From Octopus bimaculoides (lineage: Eukaryota), in assembly GCF_001194135.2 (NCBI RefSeq), contig NC_068986.1, positions 16,495,996 to 16,532,978 on the forward strand: a DNA stretch of 36,983 bases, in the 5' to 3' direction. Below are positions 1 through 10,163 of this stretch, piece after piece. Made by a program: the position numbers and the translations under genes. The notes under the pieces were generated by a model, which saw nothing but the letters and a program-made list of their open reading frames with translations, made no database searches and was not told the origin of the DNA. The first letter of the stretch is position 1, and each line of letters begins with the position of its first letter.

Positions 1-204
1 ACCATCCATTTTTATTTTATATTATATGTTGTATATTATATTATATATTGTATATTCCATATTCTATATCCCACATTGGTTTTGCAGGAATATAAATAAA
101 ACATAAAAGACAGACAGTGTTGGAACTCTTTTAAACAAAATAATATATTCTTCTATACACAATCATACAAAATCCCCTTTTTTTGTATTTATTTTTACTC
201 GCAT

Positions 205-262
<58 letters not shown>
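205..262 (+). repeat. (AGAT)n tetranucleotide microsatellite
   Basis: Direct reading: about 14 perfect AGAT units. Confidence 0.97.
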
Positions 263-263
<1 letters not shown>

Positions 264-265
264 TA

Positions 266-366
266 GGCACAGGAGTGGCTATGTGGTAGGTAACTTGCTT
301 ACCAACCACATGGTTCTGGATTCAGTCACACTGCGTAGCATCTAGGGCAAGTGTTTTCTACTACAG
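266..366 (+). mobile_element. SINE family A (tRNA-derived, CORE-like; resembles octopus OR-type SINEs), 5' half only
   Basis: Head GGCACAGGAGTGGCTATGTGGTAG, B-box-like GGATTCAGTC and body TAGGGCAAGTGTTTTCTACTA match the full copies at 6511 and 22954. Confidence 0.88.
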
Positions 367-460
367 TTCCGAAAGGGTGAAGGGCAAAGTCGACCTCGGC
401 GGATTTTGAACGCAGAACGTAAAGAGAGACGAAATACCGCTGAGCAGTTCGCCCGGCGTA
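367..460 (-). mobile_element. SINE family B, 5' half only
   Basis: Reverse complement ACGCCGGGCGAACTGCTCAGCGGTATTTCGTC...CGTTCTGCGTTCAAAATCCGCCGAGGTCGACTTTGCCC matches the copy at 20679. Confidence 0.88.
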
Positions 461-825
461 GACATACCTAGTATGTACTTTGATTAATTATAATCCCTCG
501 GCTTTCTAAATGTCATTTTTGGCCTGCAGTCACCTGTATCTTTGATTCTGTTATTATCATTCTTAAATTAGTGACATTGGATAATAATAGAATTAACGGT
601 ACCTTTTGTAAATTGATTTAATATAAATANNNNNNNNNNNNNNNNNNNNNNNNNNNNNNNNNNNNNNNNNNNNNNNNNNNNNNNNNNNNNNNNNNNNNNN
701 NNNNNNNNNNNNNNNNNNNNNNNNNNNNNNNNNNNNNNNNNNNNNNNNNNNNNNNNNNNNNNNNNNNNNNNNNNNNNNNNNNNNNNNNNNNNNNNNTCAT
801 AAATTCTTTTGCTCTCAACAGTATA

Positions 826-839
826 TACATGTGTGTGTT

Positions 840-877
<38 letters not shown>

Positions 878-1005
878 TGTGTGCGTGTGTGTGCGTATAC
901 TTATATATATATATACCGATGCTGGTGCCTTTATGTCCCCATAACCTCGAATAAAGGCAGCGTTCTAGGATGGCCGCAGTCAAATGACTGAACCAAAGAA
1001 AAGAA
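826..1005 (+). mobile_element. SINE family A, central (GT)n plus 3' part with an internal deletion
   Basis: ACCGATGCTGGTG...GTCCCC and tail GGATGGCCGCAGTCAAATGACTGAACC match family A; the 5' part is presumably in the gap at 630-796. Confidence 0.8.
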
Positions 1006-3508
1006 TAATAGAATATATATCTAGTCGCCATTCATAATTAGTCCATCGGTTGTTAGAGGTGGGGGCGGGTGGGCTCAAATCACATAACCAGCCTTCGAAT
1101 GTCTTCTAACCAAAATAATGTTTAACTCAGTATTTACATGTAATTATTTACTGCTTTATCGACTTCGATTACCAGCTTTAAAGGCTACAGAAAAATACGT
1201 ATTTCCAATATCTCAATTCTTCGGACGTACAAAATATACAATTCTCGCTGATGATAAACAAAGCTTTTAAATGGCTAGAGGAAGGCATTGATTGTTTTGA
1301 TACAGAAGCTGTGCATCTGACGTGTGTACAGAAGATGTAGGTTTCTTTCGCACAGGCAACATTGGACTTTTTCTATCCACAGGAAATTAAACACAATATT
1401 TACTCCCTTTATCTACTTCGAGTTTTACGGTTAAAAACAAATATCACCTTAATTCTTTAAATAACATATGAAGTTTGCAGTTTCAGTTTTACTGCAAAAT
1501 CACACTCTGCTTGCTTCCAAATATTTTACATGAATCTTGGTGTTTGCTTTGGAATAATTCACTATTTCCATCAAGATATTCTTTCCTCTCTAACAGTATG
1601 GTATATTTCTTCTTTCTGTATGTTACCTTTAAAGATTTCATGATATTTTAATCAGAACAGAGAGAGACATTCTGATTTTCTATATTTAATCCTTTTAATT
1701 TTGTTGATTATCATTTTATATCTAATTAGTAATTCCTGGCTGAGTTTGCATTTTAACATTTCTGGAATTTAGAATATTGTTCCGTGCATGTCTCTAAATT
1801 GAACCGAATTATATCTTTCAGATTGTAACTATTATAATTATTATAATGATTATAATTGTAATTCTATTCATAAATGCCTCATTTAAATATTTGAGAGTTT
1901 GAATTAATTTCCTTCTTCACAATGAAATGGCATATTTGTATCACCTTTTTTTTTTAAATATTAGTATTGAATTCATGTATAGCTTAGAGAATATTCTACA
2001 ATGGATTGTTACATGTAGATGGTTCCAATTTCATATAGGGGAATGCTATCTCGTCTAGAGTACCTGTATCTATGACCAGTTTGTTTCACCAGCAACGGTA
2101 CTGAAGCGGTGAATGTTGCAAAAATTACTAAAGTTTTCTTAATCAAATCATGCATTTAAAAACTTTGTTTCTTTTATGTCGTCATTAACGACTTCAATAT
2201 AAAATTATCAAGCCTACATGGGTGAGGAGTAACATTTGTTTCACTCTTTCTTGTCACCTGATGAAATAATATTACTGTTAAGAATAAAAATCACTCGCAA
2301 TATAGATGTTTAGCTGTATCCATGGATTAAATCCCATGGCTAAATGGGTCATTGTTAGTTTGAATTCACTGGAATGTTTGCTTTGGAAAATATCTTGTCT
2401 ATTGTTTTAAAACCATTTATGCTTTGATACTTGTATGAATGATTTATAAATTATTGCTTCAGTTCGTGTCGATTGGTTGCCATTTTATAAAGAATCAATT
2501 TTTCGGGGTTTTTTTTCCATAAAGGACAGGTAAATTCCAATGCCGTTATCTTAGGCTATGTAATGTCCTGTATAACAATTTTTTTCTTTTCTTATTAGTT
2601 TCTCCTCTGAATAGGTTACTATTGTGGAAGTTATGCCTTGAATATAAAACTTTTACGTAAGTTTATAATATTTGTTTCACACACATATAAATCTGATAGT
2701 AGAAAAGTTTTTCTTATTTACATAAGAGATTATTAATTATGAATAAAGATCAGTAGGGATTATTAATCTAATTGCGATAATTGAAATTAATAATGATAGT
2801 TGCAAATCCTAGTAGACTGACAAACTGTAAGGTGATACATTAAGCACACTGTCTTGTTAATTATCGTCCGCCCATGATCTGATTATTATGTCTCAAGATG
2901 TCGACATTTGAATTTGATAAATTGATATATTAAAATAAATTTTAAATGCCAGCGGTAACATAGTTTGCGGATATATTTATAAGTTCGGCTTCAATCAGAT
3001 TTTGTCAGTTATGGTGGGAACTATTTAAAGAAAGAATACATCTAATCCTTGTGATCAGCACATATCTGTCAGTAGTGAGATCTTGTGCTTTTCATAACCC
3101 ACGTCCGTTTGGCTTCGTCTAATCTAGTGGTCCGAATATTCGGCTTTTCTTGCTAACATCTTATATTTTGGGACGCCATATTTAGTCATTTGATACTTCT
3201 AGGCATGAATTTCTATTATTCTTCTTCATATCTTTCTCGGTTATTTCTTATGTAGGTCTCTGTTTTACACTTGTTACCTTCTTAGAAAAATATAGAGGTT
3301 TGTTGATATTATTTCATATTTTGTAGGAAATTTGTAAAATAGTTATTTATCAGCAGGAAAAAAATAACCCAGTGCACGACACTGGGAAAATAAGCGAGAA
3401 ATATGTTCGCTAGTATACTGGCTCTTTAGCTGTAATAAATAATATTCAATATTTTGTTAAAACCTCCATTAGATTTCATAGAGTCGTCTTTTATGCCAAG
3501 ACAAACAA

Positions 3509-3524
3509 TTTATTATTATTATAA

Positions 3525-3620
<96 letters not shown>

Positions 3621-3633
3621 CATTATTATTATT
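3509..3633 (+). repeat. (ATT)n / (TAA)n microsatellite, the 3' flank of an R4/Dong-like fragment
   Basis: About 40 ATT units; source of the spurious poly-Ile ORF. Confidence 0.97.
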
Positions 3634-3915
3634 TTACTTGAGAATTCTCGGTTTTCTTTGCTCTGATTGATTCTGTGAGAGCGGACAACAACTTCTTTTT
3701 AGCGTTCTCACAGGGTCACTTTCCTGAAAGCTTTGGTACCTGGATGTTAGCACACCGCGGAAGGCATTCAACACACAAACACCAATCTCAAAATCTTAGC
3801 TGTCCCCAATAGATCAAATTTTGGGCCTGCTCTGCCCTCAAATCAGTTCTAATTTCCCTGATATTTTTCTCAAATCTCGTTGTTAGTACTCCGAGTTCCC
3901 CTAAATCAACTGCCC
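3634..3915 (-). mobile_element. 3' fragment of an R4/Dong-like RLE non-LTR retrotransposon (ORF C-terminus plus 3' UTR)
   Basis: Minus strand translates AVDLGELGVLTTRFEKNIREIRTDLRAEQAQ then, after a frameshift, LLGTAKILRLVFVC*, resembling the R4/Dong C-terminal motif VVIGALG...QKxALLGTARILR (recalled). Flanked by (TAA)n on both sides. Confidence 0.75.
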
Positions 3916-3921
3916 TTATTA

Positions 3922-4320
3922 TTATTTACCAACCGCACCGGGAGAAATGCCTTTTAGTGTGTACTGTAGACATTGTGAAATGTGTTGTATTTTGATGTGC
4001 TCCGGTGGTGTTTTGTATGGATTGTTGCTTGTTTTTATGTCTTGGTGTGTCAGGTTTGTTTTTGATTTGACGTATTCCATCAATTCTGTGTTTTTAGTGT
4101 CTATAGCTGCGAGCATGTTTGCTGTATGTATCTTTGTGGCGTTGGCGCTGGTGTTGCATTTGTTTGTGGTAAGTTTAGAAATGTCTTCTTTGTTCGAGTT
4201 GGCATTTGGCTTCTTTCTTTTTTTCCTCATTTTCCTTCTTCCTTTTCTGGCTATTTACCATTCCTCACTGCCTTCGTCTTCCGACGAAATTTCTGAGGAA
4301 TTAGGAGGAGGTAGGGGCAT
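3922..4320 (-). pseudogene. Coding-like relic, possibly an N-terminal ORF1/gag fragment of a LINE
   Basis: 133-codon frame [36 protein letters not shown]...GAVGK with one internal TAA. An acidic patch followed by a basic NLS-like patch and the A/C-rich strand bias are typical of LINE ORF1; no specific family recognised. Confidence 0.4.
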
Positions 4321-4359
4321 GTTGTTGGCTTCTGTGTGTGTTTGTGTAAGTGGTTGTGT

Positions 4360-4410
<51 letters not shown>

Positions 4411-4507
4411 ACAAACAGACAGATAGACAGAGGGACAGATGGACGGACAGATAGATAAATAGACAGACAGACAGAAAAAAACAGACAGATAGATAGATAG
4501 ATAGATA
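4360..4507 (+). repeat. Compound (AGAT)n/(AGAC)n microsatellite
   Basis: Direct reading. Confidence 0.95.
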
Positions 4508-5440
4508 GGTTTCTTTATTAGCCACACANNNNNNNNNNNNNNNNNNNNNNNNNNNNNNNNNNNNNNNNNNNNNNNNNNNNNNNNNNNNNNNNNNNNNNNN
4601 NNNNNNNNNNNNNNNNNNNNNNNNNNNNGCTGAAATATTTTTAGCATATGACATTCATATCAAAATATATGATTTGGAAGTAAAGAAGATAAAGCTTAGT
4701 TAAGTGGAAGAAGAAATATATCAAATGTTGCGTATATATGGGTGTGCTTGAAAAATTATATAATATATATATATATAGCTCTTATTTAGATAGAATTATA
4801 TTCTGTCTCTCTTGGATTTCCATCCATATTTTACAGTAGCATTTTATGAAAAGCGTCCATAGAAATATATACATTTTTACAATGACAAGTGGAAAATAAA
4901 AGATATAATAGAATAAAATTTTCCTTCAGGTGAATATTTTTGAAATTTGTTATCTAAGATAACGTATTTTAGCTTACCTTACCATTGTCACATCAATATA
5001 AAATATCCAAAATGTACAACTAAGCTTGTTAATGAATGAAGGACGGATGGACAGCAACCGATAGTGAGTCACTGAGTATAAAAGCGTGTCAGAAACGTGA
5101 AAAGTTATGTTTGCTTTTAATATTTTACTTTAAGTATAATTCATTAAATGTGTTAGTCTCAATCAGAAAGACGTATTTACGAAGTGCATGACGGAGGTTT
5201 CAAAAATTTCAGCTTTCATTACATTCTATATCATAATAAAGAAGGTTATTCATTTTTATCATTAAGGGATTAAGTAAAATACAAAAGAAGTGTAATTGGA
5301 CTGCTTCTCGAATCTCTAACTTTTAGACATTTATAAGCACATACAACCGTGTCGTACATGTATGTATGTGTGCGTGCATATCTAATATGAATCTATTTAT
5401 GATTGTGCGTATGTATATATTTTGATTTTAATATATTATA

Positions 5441-5706
5441 AATCCCTCGCCAAATTGCGGCTCACCTATCGCGGACGTACTGCATAATTAGAATATAATA
5501 AAAGAAAATACGTAGTGTACCGAAGATGATGAGTAAACAAAGAAACACAGATACTGTATGGGAAAAGAATTTCTGGAGGCCAGCGTGTGCTATTGGTTTG
5601 CATTTAATAAAATAAACATATACAGTACAGTACATGTTTCTACTCCGCGAATTTTCTCCTATCCTGGTAAGTTTTGGAACGTAACATCCGCAATCGTCGA
5701 GGGATT
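5441..5706. mobile_element. Putative MITE (~265 bp) with ~20-bp imperfect terminal inverted repeats
   Basis: AATCCCTCGCCAAATTGCGG (5441-5460) is the imperfect reverse complement of CCGCAATCGTCGAGGGATT (5688-5706). TA-rich flanks; the same terminus TAATCCCTCG occurs at 491-500. Confidence 0.55.
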
Positions 5707-6510
5707 ATGTATATATATATATATNNNNNNNNNNNNNNNNNNNNNNNNNNNNNNNNNNNNNNNNNNNNNNNNNNNNNNNNNNNNNNNNNNNNNNNNNNNN
5801 NNNNNNNNNNNNNNNNNNNNNNNNNNNNNNNNNNNNNNNNNNNNNNNNNNNNNNNNNNNNNNNNNNNNNNNNNNNNNNNNNNNNNNNNNNNNNNNNNNNN
5901 NNNNNNNNNNNNNNNNNNNNNNNNNNNNNNNNNNNNNNNNNNNNNNNNNNNNNNNNNNNNNNNNNNNNNNNNNNNNNNNNNNNNNNNNNNNNNNNNNNNN
6001 NNNNNNNNNNNNNNNNNNNNNNNNNNNNNNNNNNNNNNNNNNNNNNNNNNNNNNNNNNNNNNNNNNNNNNNNNNNNNNNNNNNNNNNNNNNNNNNNNNNN
6101 NNNNNNNNNNNNNNNNNNNNNNNNNNNNNNNNNNNNNNNNNNNNNNNNNNNNNNNNNNNNNNNNNNNNNNNNNNNNNNNNNNNNNNNNNNNNNNNNNNNN
6201 NNNNNNNNNNNNNNNNNNNNNNNNNNNNNNNNNNNNNNNNNNNNNNNNNNNNNNNNNNNNNNNNNNNNNNNNNNNNNNNNNNNNNNNNNNNNNNNNNNNN
6301 NNNNNNNNNNNNNNNNNNNNNNNNNNNNNNNNNNNNNNNNNNNNNNNNNNNNNNNNNNNNNNNNNNNNNNNNNNNNNNNNNNNNNNNNNNNNNNNNNNNN
6401 NNNNNNNNNNNNNNNNNNNNNNNNNNNNNNNNNNNNNNNNNNNNNNNNNNNNNNNNNNNNNNNNNNNNNNNNNNNNNNTATATATATATATATATGTATG
6501 TATGTATATA

Positions 6511-6911
6511 GGGCGAAGGAGTGGCTATGTGGGAAGTAGCTTGCTTACCAACCACATGGTTCCGGGTTCAGTCCCACTGCGTGGCATCTTGGGCAAGTGT
6601 TTTCTACTATAACCTCGGGCCGACCAAAGCTTTGTGAGTGGATTTGGGAGACGGAAACTGAAATAAACCCGTCGTATATATACATATATATATATGTGTA
6701 TGTGTATGTTTGTGTGTCTGTGCTTGTCCCCCACAACATCGCTTGACGACCAATGGTGGTGTGTTTAGGTCCCCGTTTTCTAGCAGTTCGGCGAAAGGGG
6801 CCGATAGAATAAGTACTAGGCTTACAAAGAATGATCATGGGATCGATTTACTCGACTAAATGCGGTACTCCAGCATGGCCGCAGTCAAATGACTAAAGCA
6901 AGAAAAAAGAG
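6511..6911 (+). mobile_element. SINE family A, full length
   Basis: A-box-like TGGCTATGTGG, B-box-like GGTTCAGTCCC, CORE-like TTGGGCAAGTG, central (TA)/(TG) tract, tail CCAGCATGGCCGCAGTCAAATGAC and A-rich end. Confidence 0.93.
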
Positions 6912-6913
6912 TA

Positions 6914-6947
<34 letters not shown>

Positions 6948-7066
6948 TCATCTATACACACACGCGCTCAGACATATGTATGGATATGTATATACGTATG
7001 TGTGTGCGTGTGTATAGTTAATCACCCAAAACGGAGAAAGAACACAAGAAAAAAGAACAGCGTGAG

Positions 7067-7067
<1 letters not shown>

Positions 7068-7101
<34 letters not shown>
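7068..7101 (+). repeat. (AGT)n microsatellite
   Basis: Direct reading. Confidence 0.93.
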
Positions 7102-7102
<1 letters not shown>

Positions 7103-7865
7103 AGCTTATTAAGAGTCAACTAAATCAATGTCAGAAATTAGGTTTTCATTTTCCTCAGAAATGTCGGATTTTACCAGTAGAAAACAATACGTATTCAAAA
7201 ATTTTACGTGTTTTTTTTTAATCTTTAAAATTAAAAACATTTCTCAAAAGAAAGAAAAATGTAGATTAACGTATTTCTCTTTCTTATTTTAACATGCTAC
7301 AAAATTTATAAACACTCCAATACGAAATGTCGAAATTAATGACCAATATCGTACCTGCTTCGATATTTATAATAAATTTGATGCGTTTTATATTCATATT
7401 TACGTAGTTTTTTGACAGTATAACTTATTCGTTTACTCACACAATAAAGTTGTTTTCCCTAAAGAATTTGCACACGTCACACACGTTAATTCCACATTGT
7501 CAATAATTTATAGGGAGCATGTATTCTATAAATTTAGAAGATTACTTGACATGTTGCCTCAAGTTAAATTCATCAATTTTGCAGAATCATTGTAGAGAGA
7601 GGTTATGACATAAGGTGTTTTACATAATCAGAAAATATATGAATACATATAAATACGTAACCATATGAATGAATCTATGTATGTATAGGTGATTATTTGT
7701 TTGTGTGTATTTATGGGTGCGTCTGAGAGGAATGGATTGGCTCAGTATAAAAGAGAGATAGAAAATCGGATAATCGTTAATAGGTTTATGTTGAAAGCGT
7801 TTAATTACAACACGCAAAAGAAGATTCTTCTCACCGACGTGTTTACAATTATGAAAAGCAGTACA

Positions 7866-8047
7866 CGTTGTAGGAGCGGTTGGCGGGTAAGCAGCTTCTT
7901 TCTTAACCACATGGTTCTGGTTTCGATACGAATTGCCAACATTGGACAAGTACCATTTACTACAGCCCGGGCCGACCAAAGCCTGGTGAGTGGATGTATT
8001 TGACGGAAAATTAAAGAAACCCGTCATGTGTGTGTATATAAATGTGT

Positions 8048-8079
<32 letters not shown>

Positions 8080-8102
8080 CTCTGTGTGCGTGTGTGTGTG
8101 TG
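7866..8102 (+). mobile_element. SINE family A, diverged 5' half plus central (GT)n
   Basis: AACCACATGGTTCTGG, GGGCCGACCAAAGCC and GACGGAAAATTAAAGAAACCCGTC match family A; the 3' half is absent. Confidence 0.82.
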
Positions 8103-8311
8103 TATTGTTAATAAACATACTTATACGTGTAGTGTGGGTCTGTATCCTGCTGAAACTCAAGGAAATCTCGCACGCCGGGTGGCTTTAGCAAAGCTTAGAA
8201 AATAGGGTAAATGCCCTTTAAAATACGGAGAGAAGGGATTGGCATGATTCTCTCGAACGCGGTACGTCTCAAATCCCGGGATTTGAGAGGTAGACGGATC
8301 GATTTTCTTTA

Positions 8312-8720
8312 CAAAGTCTGATCAATAAATATCAGGACTGTTGCCATAGTAACGAAACTAAACTACGAAAGGTGAAGCCACTTGACGATAATTGACTGCT
8401 GTCCATGCGCAATAAGATTTAACGTTCTAGGTTACTTCCGCTGTTTACAAACAGGAATATATGTTGCATGTGATGTAGTCGCATTGACCATGATACTATA
8501 AGTTGTGATGGTGATACCTGCTCAGAGACCAGCGCAACATTGCAGAAAGACTATGGAGAGGAGTGTATGAGCCGCACACATGTTTAGGAGTGGTCCAGAC
8601 GTTTCCCAGATGTCCGAAAAAATGTCGATATTGACGAAAGTTCTGGGAGTCCCCCAACTAGCAGAACTGAGAAAAGCATCACAGATGTGAAAGCAGCTGT
8701 GAGAGGAAATCGTGAGTTAT
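8312..8720 (+). mobile_element. Mariner relic: left end and N-terminal HTH region, irritans-like
   Basis: TA followed by a mariner-like terminus CAAAGTCTGATCAATAAATATCAGGACTG. 8513-8720 translates DTCSETSATLQKDYGEECMSRTHV*EWSRRFPDVRKNVDIDESSGSPPTSRTEKSITDVKAAVRGNR, matching the mariner pattern YGEECMSRTxVFEWxxRF...DDERSGRPSTSRT. Confidence 0.75.
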
Positions 8721-9197
8721 CAGAGGTTGTGCGAATAGAAACCTTACAAACAACAAAAAAACAATCAACCATTCTATATTTCAGAGTTAATATAAGTAAA
8801 TTGCACTTTTATAACATAACTAACGTTATCCGAAGACTCATTCTAGAGAGGAATTATCGTCTGTAATGTAATGTAATGATGGAATTCACCGTTGTTAAAA
8901 TGTGTTATATTGCAAATTGGCATTGGAGAAACTAATGTTATGAAATATTTATCATATCCGTTTATTTAGCATCAATGAAATAATTTCCTAATTAAATAAG
9001 AAGAGAATTTTGATACAGTGCTACGTAGACTTTCAATATTTAACGTTTAACTGTTGATATTATAAATGACAATAAAACAGTAACTGTAATTATGATTTCA
9101 ATGTGAATTCATTGTATAAAATGTTCGTATGAAAATATTGTCTATAGATTGTATTTAACATACAGGGTCGAAAAAATAACTACGAGTTGAACATTTC

Positions 9198-9275
9198 AGT
9201 CGCGTTAATCGACGTACTCGTCCCACAAAATTGCCGGCCAAATTTGAAATTGCTATGCCAAATTGGAAATCAATA
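9198..9275 (+). mobile_element. SINE family B, degraded 3' fragment
   Basis: GTTAATCGACGTACTCGTCCCACAAAATTGCCGGCC...AAATTGGAAATCAAT resembles the 3' end of the copy at 24833-25040. Confidence 0.45.
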
Positions 9276-9310
9276 GTTCTGCTGAAATTCCAATTAATTT
9301 TTGTTTATAT

Positions 9311-9343
9311 AGGCGCAGCCGGAGTTGTGTGGTAAGAAGCTTG
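9311..9343 (+). mobile_element. SINE family A head fragment, interrupted by a family B copy
   Basis: AGGCGCAGCCGGAGTTGTGTGGTAAGAAGCTTG matches family A heads. Confidence 0.7.
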
Positions 9344-9577
9344 GCGGCGAACTGACAGAATCGTTAACACGCCGGGCGAAATGCATAGTGGTATTTCGTC
9401 TGTCGTTACGTTCTGAGTTCAAATTCCGCCGAGTTCGACTTACCCTTTCATCCTTTCGGAATCGATAAATTAAGTACCAGCTACGCACTGGGGTCGATGT
9501 AATCGACTTAATCCATTTGTCTGTCCTTGTTTGTCCCCTCTATGTTTAGCCCCTTGTGAGCAATAAACAAATAAGAA
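9344..9577 (+). mobile_element. SINE family B, full length
   Basis: Head GCGGCGAACTGACAGAATCGTTAACACGCCGGGCGAAATG, B box GAGTTCAAATTCC, body CCTTTCATCCTTTCGG...AAGTACCAG and tail GCAATAAACAAATAAGAA; high identity to 20679-20915. Confidence 0.93.
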
Positions 9578-10163
9578 GCTTGGCTGTTTGGTAAGACGTG
9601 TGGNNNNNNNNNNNNNNNNNNNNNNNNNNNNNNNNNNNNNNNNNNNNNNNNNNNNNNNNNNNNNNNNNNNNNNNNNNNNNNNNNNNNNNNNNNNNNNNNN
9701 NNNNNNNNNNNNNNNNNNNNNNNNNNNNNNNNNNNNNNNNNNNNNNNNNNNNNNNNNNNNNNNNNNNNNNNNNNNNNNNNNNNNNNNNNNNNNNNNNNNN
9801 NNNNNNNNNNNNNNNNNNNNNNNNNNNNNNNNNNNNNNNNNNNNNNNNNNNNNNNNNNNNNNNNNNNNNNNNNNNNNNNNNNNNNNNNNNNNNNNNNNNN
9901 NNNNNNNNNNNNNNNNNNNNNNNNNNNNNNNNNNNNNNNNNNNNNNNNNNNNNNNNNNNNNNNNNNNNNNNNNNNNNNNNNNNNNNNNNNNNNNNNNNNN
10001 NNNNNNNNNNNNNNNNNNNNNNNNNNNNNNNNNNNNNNNNNNNNNNNNNNNNNNNNNNNNNNNNNNNNNNNNNNNNNNNNNNNNNNNNNNNNNNNNNNNN
10101 NNNNNNNNNNNNNNNNNNNNNNNNNNNNNNNNNNNNNNNNNNNNNNNNNNNNNNNNNNNNNNN

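Noticed and set aside
6511-6590. tRNA genes at SINE heads (also 20679 and 29740-29806)
   Set aside because: Only A- and B-box-like remnants are present, without a complete cloverleaf, and they continue into SINE bodies.
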